Assembly: GCA_048772705.1 (NCBI GenBank)
Contig: JBLWGC010000230.1
Location: 1,364,001-1,428,000, forward strand
DNA length: 64,000 nucleotides
Origin: Leidyana gryllorum EB-2025a
Lineage: Eukaryota; Protista; Apicomplexa
Reading direction: 5' to 3'
Made by a program: the position numbers and the translations under genes. Below the pieces are notes generated by a model that was not told the DNA's origin, made no database searches, and was given only the letters and a program-made list of their open reading frames with translations. Below, one piece after another: positions 11,068 to 20,800 of this stretch; within the stretch, counting starts at the first letter, position 1, and each line of letters starts with the position of its first letter.

Positions 11068-11525
11068 TGCCGCTTCTGAAAACCGCAATCCACAAACCTG
11101 TGTTGGCAAGCACTCAGCTTGAGGGTGCAAGCACACTCTGGGATCTGGCTTTCGAGTCCACCAAGTCGCGATGCCGCTTTGGGGCTGACTCAGCCCGAAA
11201 TTGTGACTGGTCGGTCCACGACTGAAATAGAGAGCTCTAGCCTCATGACAGACGATCGATCCCAGACACAGCAAAAGCACTTGTTGCCGACTGCGTCTCC
11301 TTGCATTCAAACACAGCCACACACGCAGCTGGATAGATAAACACATACACAATCCTCGTTGCAGGAGGGTCACCAGCGAGAATCTCCTGGTGGGCGCCGG
11401 TCTGTGACTCGTTGAGATTTAGCTGTCAGCACCTGGACTTCGAAGAGCATTGTAGCCAACAAAAGTACTCCATATAATCAGCAATCACTGACTAGAGGCT
11501 GGCTACCCACTGTGGGGCCGCTTCC

Positions 11526-12195
11526 TTACACCACAGAAATCGCTGACGGAGACGAGGCATGAGTGATTGTGGATTCTGTCATTGTCAATGTCTCCTCGCT
11601 GGCCGTCTCACAAACTTCCTCATGCACTAAGAGTTCCCTAAAGCTCTTCTTCTCCCAACCGTGGCCGCCTGCACGGAATACCAATTGAAGACTCTGAATC
11701 GCGCTGGACATCCACCACCAGAGGCCCAGAAGGAGCAGACCAGACACGGTAGCCCATGCTAAGTCACCGATCGCCCCTATAGCGTCTGGATCGTGTGCAT
11801 CGGCGAGCGCGAGGGCGATGAAGGCCGCCCATATCAGCACGATACCGAGCACCTCCATGCACATCACCACCGTCAACCCTGCAGCCCACATGTCACATTT
11901 TGCTGATGTTGTCAACCTCACAGAATTTCAAGAAGGACAACCCGCCAGGGGCTTTAATAAATACTGCCGCGATTGCCAAGCAACCGAACAGCCACACGGT
12001 GATTGGGAATAATACAGTCAACCACCACACCCACATCATTGCATCATACTCGCGTATGAGTATGATTCGCCTTGCTATGGTGATCGTACTTGTTGCCACA
12101 AAAAGCGTCGACGTCAACAGTACGAACATTGATAGGGATACACAGAATACCTGGCTCATGTCGCTTTTCGTCGCTGGGATGCAGCAACATTTCAT
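11526..12195 (-). CDS. Family A four-TM membrane protein, divergent copy A5 (208 aa; intron 11879-11921)
   Basis: Starts MKCCCIPATKSD, phase-1 GTGAG...TGCAG intron at the family-A position, C-terminal SAIQSLQLVFRAGGHGWEKKSF. Confidence 0.85.
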
Positions 12196-12586
12196 CTGAC
12201 TGTTATGGCTTCAATGTCGAATGTTGGCTTATTTATGGTAGTTGGTGACTCATTACAGACTGAGTGCGCTTTGGATTTCATGGTATCTTCACCAACTAAT
12301 TTAGCATCGGACTATCTGTTTGGAACACACTGGGTGACCCATCTGAGGCTGTCTGACCTGCTCAGCCGCACTGTTGACGATGTACCAAATCTGAAACCAG
12401 GCTGGAGACGCCAGTGTCTTAAAAAAAGTCTCTGTTATGAGGAGGTGTTAATCCACAAAATGGTAGACACAGTCATCGCTCAGACGGGATGCAGTGATGC
12501 ATGAGGCCTCATCTTCTCAGGATGATAATGTTTTCCTTTTCAGTCAGTCAGTCAGTCAGCCAGCACACAAATTGAACCTGACGGGC

Positions 12587-13054
12587 ATGCAAAACATGGC
12601 AGGTGGTATCCCATACCGGGGTGCACAAATCTTCTCCGAACAGTCGTTCAAGGACTGGGAGGCGAAGCAAGGGCTCAATAGGGTTGGGCCACCCTTTCCC
12701 GAGGAACCGATTCCCCGTTATCTCCACAATGCACCGCAGGAACACCTTGATCGGTGGCGAGCGCATACACAACCGAGGATCCCGGGGATTCCGGAGCGCA
12801 CAAGAGTCGAAAAGGAGGGTTTGCAGCGATGGTGTGTCGAGGCGGGTTGGCCATTGAGTGGTGGGATGCCCGGGATGAGTGTGGACATGGCACGAGCAGC
12901 TGCGCGTGAGAAGTACAACTTGAAACCAGGAGAGGTACCCCAACTTCAGTCAGTTTACATGGAGCGTCGAGGGCAATACGGCCCAGCCGGAGAGTACATG
13001 GTGTGTAACCTTCCTCAAGTGAATGCTCGGCAGATGCCGAGACACTTCAAATAG
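12587..13054 (+). CDS. Hypothetical protein (about 155 aa)
   Basis: Open frame with protein-like composition that fills the gap between A5 and the GH32 gene. No recognisable domain; start may be 12587 or 12596. Confidence 0.6.
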   Translation: MQNMAGGIPYRGAQIFSEQSFKDWEAKQGLNRVGPPFPEEPIPRYLHNAPQEHLDRWRAHTQPRIPGIPERTRVEKEGLQRWCVEAGWPLSGGMPGMSVDMARAAAREKYNLKPGEVPQLQSVYMERRGQYGPAGEYMVCNLPQVNARQMPRHFK

Positions 13055-15212
13055 CTTGCGATAAGAACAACAGCAGAAAAAGAGTAGTGAGAGTTCCTAT
13101 AGTTGGGTAGCCTTGCGCTAGCGCCGCGTGGTCGGTGTTATTGTGTCCCCCCCTGTACTTTAAGTAGTGAAAGTCAACGTAGCCTTGACCATGCGATGTG
13201 TAGAAACGAATGGCATCAAGTCGTTTGCGCGGGAACACCAGAGCAGTCATAGCGACTTGACCGTCATCGAAGAGCACCTCAATGCTGGACTGATCCATAG
13301 CCAAGTGCATAGTGAAAGTCGTGTTGTCCGTTAGTCGAGGGGCAGTGAGGACGAGCATAGACTCGAACGCAGAACTGAAAAGGTGGACGTTAGGGGAACG
13401 TTCAATGCGAAGTGTTCCCACGCCCCTGTGGTACCACAGGCCGACCTCGACGAATTCCGCTAAGCCATGGGCAGCGGACAAACCATCATCTACTCTAACT
13501 CGATACTCTCCATTCAGAATATTAATGGAGTTGAAGGTGACAACGCTCTCCCAAGTGGTCGTTAGATCGGAAGGGATTCTAAAATAACACCCGATATCAC
13601 GGGTGATGAGACAAATGTCGCTCTGATATCGATAGTCCGACAGATCGATGAAGGACTGGTACAATCTCAAATCGGGTCGTATCGGAGTTGAGTCTCCGTG
13701 AAGCTCCAGCCTCAGCTTCCTCGGCAATGTCAAAGCTCCTTTCCATGGGAATGTCGGCACCAGATTCGCATACAGCTGATTGCTCATCCAGGCTTGATAT
13801 ACCAATTCTCGATCCAGCCCGCCTGAATAAGTCACCGCACTGGCACTGTCAGGCCCGTAATCCAACCACTTTGGGTACGCTTCTGGATTTTCCACAGGTT
13901 TGAAGTGATAATTGCTGAACGTTCCCACGAAATACATTGTGCCGGACCCTCGGTTGGGCCCGTCAATGTACTCCCCTCCGAGATTATAGCTTTTCGGCGG
14001 ACGTGATTGGACAGTCACCAACAACACGTAATAGGGGGAAGATGAAGAAGACGCGTGGTCCAGCCTAATCGGGAAAAAATCAGGATGGGTCCAATAGTTC
14101 CCAAGAACTCCCCAAACTTTGGGGTCAGTGAATCGGTCCGGGTGATTACAGAGAGGGTCGTGCTCTCGGAATCCACGCGTTCTGGGATCGTCCGCATCAA
14201 AAGGTCCAAAGTAACTTCGCGGTGTCCAATCTCGTAAATTATCTGACGAATAGAACAATATTCGCTCGCAGTTGGCGATCACTGCTATGAATTCCCCATT
14301 TTCAAGTTGAACTATCTTTGGGTCGCGTTTGTGCAGCTCCCAGTCAACAGCCTCCTGATAGCAGACGGTGTCCCCTTCGTCCCTCCCGCTGGCAGACGGA
14401 GGAGCGCAGTAGTGCCAGTAGCCCATGTTGGACTCGGCAGAATTATAAATACCGGCCTCCTGCATGGAGACCAGCGTCATTGTCGAAGGATATTGTTGCC
14501 CATCAGACGACAGCCTTCTTGTGGTGGTGGTGGTGGTGGTGGTAGAGGTGGTGTTGGTGGAGACAGCATTGGAATTGGTGTGGCGAGATTCGAAGGAGCG
14601 ACCTTCTTTTTCTCCGCTGCAGCTGTCGTCTGAGACAGCCGCGACGGCAGTATTGGTAGTAGAGATTGGAGAGGAAGCATTATCGGCAGAGGCCTTCGGG
14701 ATGGGGGGCGGCCCTTCATTGTTTGACTGTAAAAACATATATCCCATCATCTGTTCCTCGGTCACTGGGATTGCGAAGTCAGGATAGGCGTGGGTCCATT
14801 CGGAGCGATCGGTCCACATGAATACCAGTGCATTGTTACCGAATCCGGCAACGTTGTCGACGTCCTGGATGACGTTACCACTTCCAGGCATACCAACATG
14901 ATTAGCCAAAGGCCATCGAGGCCTCAGCACTATCCCTTGATCTCTCCAACCCAGGAGATTCCGAGACGATGCCCAGCGCCAGTGCATCGGTCCCGACGTA
15001 GTATTGTAAGGATTGTGTTGGTAGAAGGCAATGTATGCATCACCATTATGAAAAAGTCCGTTGGGTTCAGCTCCCCAACCTGCTGGGGGACTGAGATGAA
15101 ACACAGGACGCCACTGTTCATGGAATGTTGGCTGATAAACTTCCTCAACGGGCTGCTCGACAGCAAACACACAATGAATTAACAAGAGCCACCAGATTGG
15201 TGTCAGCATCAT
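13047..15212 (-). CDS. Glycoside hydrolase family 32 (levanase/invertase-like) protein with signal peptide and GPI-type C-terminus; degenerate active site
   Basis: WRPVFHLSPPAGWGAEPNG (cf. WMNDPNG), FYQHNPY, GPMHW, RDP, WLDYGPD, WMSNQLYANLVPTFPWKGALTLPRKL, DQSSIEVLFDDG. Hydrophobic N- and C-termini; intronless. Confidence 0.92.
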   Translation of the reverse strand: MMLTPIWWLLLIHCVFAVEQPVEEVYQPTFHEQWRPVFHLSPPAGWGAEPNGLFHNGDAYIAFYQHNPYNTTSGPMHWRWASSRNLLGWRDQGIVLRPRWPLANHVGMPGSGNVIQDVDNVAGFGNNALVFMWTDRSEWTHAYPDFAIPVTEEQMMGYMFLQSNNEGPPPIPKASADNASSPISTTNTAVAAVSDDSCSGEKEGRSFESRHTNSNAVSTNTTSTTTTTTTTRRLSSDGQQYPSTMTLVSMQEAGIYNSAESNMGYWHYCAPPSASGRDEGDTVCYQEAVDWELHKRDPKIVQLENGEFIAVIANCERILFYSSDNLRDWTPRSYFGPFDADDPRTRGFREHDPLCNHPDRFTDPKVWGVLGNYWTHPDFFPIRLDHASSSSSPYYVLLVTVQSRPPKSYNLGGEYIDGPNRGSGTMYFVGTFSNYHFKPVENPEAYPKWLDYGPDSASAVTYSGGLDRELVYQAWMSNQLYANLVPTFPWKGALTLPRKLRLELHGDSTPIRPDLRLYQSFIDLSDYRYQSDICLITRDIGCYFRIPSDLTTTWESVVTFNSINILNGEYRVRVDDGLSAAHGLAEFVEVGLWYHRGVGTLRIERSPNVHLFSSAFESMLVLTAPRLTDNTTFTMHLAMDQSSIEVLFDDGQVAMTALVFPRKRLDAIRFYTSHGQGYVDFHYLKYRGGHNNTDHAALAQGYPTIGTLTTLFLLLFLSQAI

Positions 15213-15479
15213 CTTGCCTGAACATCATTTACAAACAGATAATAAAGCTTTTGACACCCCAATCTAAACGGAAGTACTGCTGCCCGAGCTTCAGATTGAC
15301 ACCTTTGATCCGCTGGCTACCTGAGTGGGTGGTGTAGAGTGGATGGATGAATTGTGTGTTTAAGTAAAGTAGTCCACCTTCGTCAATGTGCGGAGAATCT
15401 CCGTCGTCGTTTTCGGACTACTGCCTGCTGTGTTCGTTCCCAAGAAGCCCTTCAAGACCTTCGTTCCATACCTTCCACC

Positions 15480-17414
15480 TCATAAAAAGTCAGTCAGTAG
15501 CCATGTGGCTACAATCAAGAGCAATGAGGAGGGCAAAATCGCAGACGAGGCGGACGATATCTGTGTCGGAACGACACTCCGCAAGCCGAAAACCTCAATG
15601 AAGTCATGTTGGGCGACGTTCGCATGTAGAGCTGTCATTTGACTGTTCAAATCCAGCGCAAGCGTCAGTGACTGGAGCCCCCCGTCAATAATAATTTCGA
15701 TAGATTTTCGATCCACCACCATGTGAGCCAGTAGGTATGAGGCTTTGCTCACGCGAGGCGCTGTAATCACATTCATCATTTCATGCATTGTCGAACTCGA
15801 ACCTTCAGGCCTCTTAATCATTATCCTCTCCTGGCCGACGTTCCCCATCACCCACAAAGCCACCAAACTTGGATTCTGAGCTGTCCCGACTCGGAGCAAT
15901 GGGACAGAGGAGTCGATCATTTCGCGTTCAATCGTGATGTTAGCGAACACCTCAAAGGCACCAGGATTGTGTGATGGGGTTCTGATGATACATAGGCCAT
16001 TGGTGCTTTGACAGCGATCTCGCCAGTCGTCGCGGATATGCTTCAGACTGACGAAGTTTTGAATCAGTCTGTAGCCTGACGGAGTTTCTCGATCAGCAAT
16101 CAGCGCCAACTCTCGTGGCAGAGTCATCTGATTCCGCCATGGCCATCCTGTTAGGGAATCTTCATACAACTTATTCACCATCCAGCCCATCATGACTGCC
16201 GTTCCCTTTGGTGCGTTCTCAACTAGACTGGGACTCTGAAAGTCGGGGCCCTCATCTACCCACTGAGGATTGTCGTTGCTACTGCCTTTAATCCTCAAGA
16301 CGGGGAGATCTTCCTTGGCAACTGTGGACCCCAAACTTGCTTTAATCTCCTCTGGAGTTTCCAAGATGAAATACAAAGTACCACTGCCGCGTTGGGGACC
16401 ATCCGCAATCTCAGAGTCATTAAAGGCCTGTTCATCCCGGCCTTTCAGAGTGATCAAAAGAACATCTCGAACCTCTTGACTGCCCTGTACACCCAGCCGT
16501 ACCAACCTCGGCTGCTGCCAACCTGCTCCCAACCTCCCCCAAACCCGGTCTTTCGTGAGAGAGGCTCCCGGATGACACCGGAAGTCGTGCACCCGGAAAC
16601 CTGGGTGGGTGGCGTTTGGATGAGTTCTTTCGTCCGGCCCTTCCAAAGTTCCAACGTGTCCCGCTGATGTCCAGTTCAACCCATTGCGACTCTCGTACAG
16701 CAACACCCTGTCGCAATTGGCGAGTAGCATACGGAGACATTGCGAGGAAGGGTCCCTGGCGCATTGGGCGCGGTAGACATATGGATCGGTGAACTCGGTT
16801 TCCACGGACGCAGTCACAGGAAGGTACCGATTAGTGTCAGGATCCACCTCCCAGTAGGGCACGTTGGTAGCTTTACTGGTTTCGAGTACGACCTGGGCTC
16901 CAATGATTGGCAGCAACGCTTTCTTGTAGCCCGCGCTTGAAGGGATTCGCACCATTTTGATGGTGTCTATATACGGCAGCGTGGCTAGGTACCGGTAAGT
17001 GCGCTCGGCATAGTAGATATAGGGAGTTCTCAGTAGTCCGGAGGCGGCTCCGTCGGAGTTGACGAGGACCGAGCCGCCGGTAGGCACGAGATGCTTGGAG
17101 TATTGGGTGTAGGGCTCCAAAACAATTCCTTCGTCTTCCCAAGTCAGGAGATCTGGTGAAGTAGCCCACCTCCAGTACGACGAATTGACCAGAAGGTACT
17201 TTGGGTTATGGTGATACAGGAGGTTATATTGGTTATTGTGGTAGTATATACTTTGGGGACGCCATACAAACCCCGCTGGCGCGGTGAAGTGGACTTGAGG
17301 CCGCGTAGGCTCTCGGAACGTCGGAGTGAAGATATCTTCGATCCATTCGTGGGCATAGCGGGACTCCTGGAGGTTGAGCCCATATGCAGGAAGAAGCAAA
17401 ATACTCCACCTCAT
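15480..17414 (-). CDS. Second GH32-fold protein (644 aa) with signal peptide and GPI-type C-terminus; strongly degenerate active site
   Basis: Starts MRWSILLLPAYG; RPQVHFTAPAG, YHHNP, WATSPDLLTW, TDP, WVDEGPDF, WRNQMTLPREL, DRKSIEI. Shares specific insertions with the neighbouring paralog. Confidence 0.88.
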   Translation of the reverse strand: MRWSILLLPAYGLNLQESRYAHEWIEDIFTPTFREPTRPQVHFTAPAGFVWRPQSIYYHNNQYNLLYHHNPKYLLVNSSYWRWATSPDLLTWEDEGIVLEPYTQYSKHLVPTGGSVLVNSDGAASGLLRTPYIYYAERTYRYLATLPYIDTIKMVRIPSSAGYKKALLPIIGAQVVLETSKATNVPYWEVDPDTNRYLPVTASVETEFTDPYVYRAQCARDPSSQCLRMLLANCDRVLLYESRNGLNWTSAGHVGTLEGPDERTHPNATHPGFRVHDFRCHPGASLTKDRVWGRLGAGWQQPRLVRLGVQGSQEVRDVLLITLKGRDEQAFNDSEIADGPQRGSGTLYFILETPEEIKASLGSTVAKEDLPVLRIKGSSNDNPQWVDEGPDFQSPSLVENAPKGTAVMMGWMVNKLYEDSLTGWPWRNQMTLPRELALIADRETPSGYRLIQNFVSLKHIRDDWRDRCQSTNGLCIIRTPSHNPGAFEVFANITIEREMIDSSVPLLRVGTAQNPSLVALWVMGNVGQERIMIKRPEGSSSTMHEMMNVITAPRVSKASYLLAHMVVDRKSIEIIIDGGLQSLTLALDLNSQMTALHANVAQHDFIEVFGLRSVVPTQISSASSAILPSSLLLIVATWLLTDFL

Positions 17415-17429
17415 TTTTTTCACCCAAAA

Positions 17430-17732
17430 ATGACTGACGATGTGCCGAAGCATGTGATAGCTGAGTATCTGAAGGAGCTCAAGGCCAAGGAGACCGAAAT
17501 CTTGGCTCGGGAAGAAGCCGCGCTGGCGCCCAAATTCTCCAAGACGAGAAAGGGATTTCGACGGGTGGCACATAAACTGGGACAGACCGTTATCTGGTCC
17601 ACTATTATCGCGTTCTCAATGATGCAGACGGCCTCACTCCTCAATATGATTTATCCAATCAATGAACTCAACTGCAAGTATGACGGCTGGCCATCGTGGG
17701 ATGCTAATGAAGTCATCAATGTATGGGATTAG
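17430..17732 (+). CDS. Small hypothetical single-TM protein (100 aa)
   Basis: AAAAATG context, charged helical N-terminal half, hydrophobic TVIWSTIIAFSMMQTASLLNMIY; fills the gap between the GH32 gene and calpain. Confidence 0.6.
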   Translation: MTDDVPKHVIAEYLKELKAKETEILAREEAALAPKFSKTRKGFRRVAHKLGQTVIWSTIIAFSMMQTASLLNMIYPINELNCKYDGWPSWDANEVINVWD

Positions 17733-17825
17733 AAGCGAGAGACTTTGATGGGAGAATCGTAGATATGATAGACATAGCCAGAAGTATGTGTATATATATA
17801 TTTTATATCCGCCCTCTCCCACAAC

Positions 17826-20800
17826 TCAACTCGGCATATAACTCAGGGTCACAGGCTCATCACCAATAACAGATATCTCGTAGCTACCAGTCACTCGGGC
17901 TGACTCCATGTCAACTACGTGTACCAATACCATATAATACCCGTGAATCAAACAGTTCTCGAATACTTCTATGTGCGCCATCGTCACCAATCCCTGTTAC
18001 CGATTGGACAAACGACCGCTAATTAAGCCCCTCACCTCCAATCTGTAAAGTTGTGCTGCCGCACTGCTTGGAGTACGGCCGTCCTCCGACAAACCGCCCT
18101 CCAAGTCGGATCGCTTAATAAGTGCCACCGGCACTCCAGCAGCGACCGGAATGCGTAAAGTCGCGGCCTCCTCCGGCGCCAGCGGTACCAAACCGCTCAC
18201 CATTAGAGCGGCATCGACGTCGTGCTTCCGCAAGGAAGGATGCGACGGACGCATTACATACAGCAGAGAGATGCTTACTCGAGCGCTCGTTGGACGCACT
18301 GTTGTCACCTTCAGTCGTATAGAGATCTGAGCATTGTGAAAACACCTCGCAACCCCCCCTTTCCGAACTTACGTTTGTCTTGGGAGCCGTCAGCCCGAGT
18401 TTATATACCCCATATAGATTATCGGATACGCTTGAGAGCGTTGCGTGGTGGAAGTGTGAAGCAGGTGGGAGAGAGTATGGCGTCGGCAGAGGGGTGAGGG
18501 AAAGGGAAGGAAACGGCTCCAGCCGAAGCCGTTGTGCCAGCGCTTTGGTTGTGCCAAAGAGGGTGGTGGGTAGGGACCGTCTGGGGTCTGGGAAGCGCCC
18601 ATAAGAGGGAGATACAAACCCGGGAGGTCTCATCACCCAGTTCTCAGACACGTGAGCAGCAAAGTCATTCGGGTCAATGCTGCAGTGCATACGAATTACA
18701 AAGGAGCCGCACTCTCCAGCAACAAAAGATGAAGGAATCAGGGTGTAGTATCCAGGATCCAAGTCTGCTTGCAGTAAGCAGCAGGCCCCACGATAGGGAC
18801 CGGACGTCAGAACACGACCGGTCCGCAAAAGCCGGGCTGTGGATTGCAAACCCGGCAACAGGCGCAGGTTCACCGACATTTCAGAGGGGCACTCCAGAAA
18901 CAGCAGAACTTTGCAAGGCCGGGGGACAACCAGTCTGTAATGGGGATTACGGAGGAACGTCCAAAGGTCATTTGAGCATCCGCCCGCTGTGGACGGAGTC
19001 CATTCCCCTCGAACTTGGATCGTGGACCATTGGTTCTCAGGAAACAGGGGATCCAACTCCCGCACTCCAATCGGTGCTCCACAGAATACTTGCAGAGTGA
19101 AATTGAATGGGGACTTTTGGGAATATTGAGAGATTACGAGGACCAATTCGTTCTCATCCAGGACACTTGTCCCCGGCTCCTCCAGGTGGCTGCAGACAGA
19201 AAGAGAGAGTGAGTGAGAGTGAGTGGGGGCAGTGAATCAGTGGGTGGTGGTGGAGGTGGCGGGTGACAGTGTGCGGGACAGGACAGAGGGGCGAGATCGC
19301 TGACAGAGGGGCGAGATCGCTGACAGAGGGGCGAGTTCGCTTACACTGGGTGGTTCCAGAGGCCATCATAGTCCTGCTCGGGTAAGCTATTCCAATAGTG
19401 CAGCATGAGAGGATCAATTTCGGCTTGATGCATTCTCGCTCGTCTCACCAAAACTCGAATTAGGGCGCATTCACCATTGCTGTAGACTCCATGCTGTAGG
19501 GTTTGATGAGGACAGGTGATTCTTTGTCCTCCACTATAGATATGAATCGCGATGTACTTTTGGAAGAGATCTCTTTTACGATCTCGAACATGTCTTGACA
19601 GCAGCACCCATAATTCAACAATCTCCTCTTGTGGGTGGTGACGAGGGTTTTCGATTATGATGGGAGCTACCTGAAGATGGAATTGGGGGTTGTACGAAAC
19701 ATTATGGCTGTCGTCAACCAGCGGACTGTCAACAAGGTACGGCGTTCGGCCCCACTTGGAGTGCAAACTGGTGTTGTAGCGGAAGAAGAGGGGATTCCAG
19801 CAGAGGTACAAGTGACTGAACCAGCGTACCACTTCTCTCCACTCGATCCAGAAACTGCCAGTATCAACTCGAGCAGCATTCTGGCTGTCATAGCCCAAGG
19901 CTTGTTGCAACTCTGGTGTCCAAGCGGAGTCTCCAGGGCAGTAGCGGCCTTTCCACCGAATCACCGCCCACGGGTTGCGGACATATAAGAGTTTGAGGTC
20001 TTTGACCTGCTTTATATTGAGCACAGAATAGGCATGCCGAGCAACAATGCCGCTCGAGACGGACACACCTTCTACAAAGTCGAGCCCACTAGGCGCCGCA
20101 TCCGCCACCTCGCTCGTCCCCAGACACGCTACGCATGCTCCGCGCTGCCAACCGGAGTACAGCTGCTCCCACACGTGATCCCAACGGACATCTTTCGCCA
20201 GCTGGATGCTTTCTTCCCCGCCTGTTACCACAGGCATGTAAAAGTCAGGGCTTCCGGTGTGCACATCCCGCCGGAACGGAATAGTCTCCGGGATCCATCC
20301 GGTCAGATGGTACAAATCGCTGCCCGGATTACTCCCGTGCAAAAAGTATGAGCCGCCCATCAACTTGACAAACGCCTTCTCCAAGATCGTTACCCACATC
20401 TCCCGCTTGTTTGCCGAGTGGGCTGCCAGTAATTTACCATCCTTGCGTATCGGCACCAAATCGTCCACCATCACCTTTCGGGGTATCCCATTGAAGTGTA
20501 ACTTGCAGGCGTAAAGGCCGTGGCGATTTATCACAGGTCGAAACTTCATGTACGATGTCGAGCCTTCTTCTACTTTGACTTGCGGATAGATCAAACTCGA
20601 TATCACCGGCACGTGGAGCCGACTCTCGTACTCGGCCAGACTGGCTAAAGAACTTAAGAAGGAACAGTCCCCAACGAACCCTTGGCGGATGGCCCGTGCG
20701 CGGGGTCGCTCTTCAATCATAATAGGATGAAGAGGGTCGCCAGGCCGTAAAACAGTGCCATTAGGGCCGATGACCGTTGACTGATTCGGTGTCTCTTTCC

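Noticed and set aside
3925-11400. The 1.1-1.4 kb repeat units as transposons or LTRs
   Set aside because: No transposase or RT, terminal repeats or target-site duplications were seen; each unit is an intron-containing membrane-protein gene plus spacer.
145-12195. Programmed frameshifting, stop readthrough or pseudogenisation as the cause of the split ORFs
   Set aside because: Every break examined is bridged by a canonical 40-55 nt GT-AG intron at a conserved position, and TAA, TAG and TGA all act as normal stops.
14505-14560. RRL after the poly-Thr run in GH32-1 as an export or cleavage motif
   Set aside because: A three-residue motif in a low-complexity insertion about 230 aa from the signal peptide cannot be supported from sequence alone.
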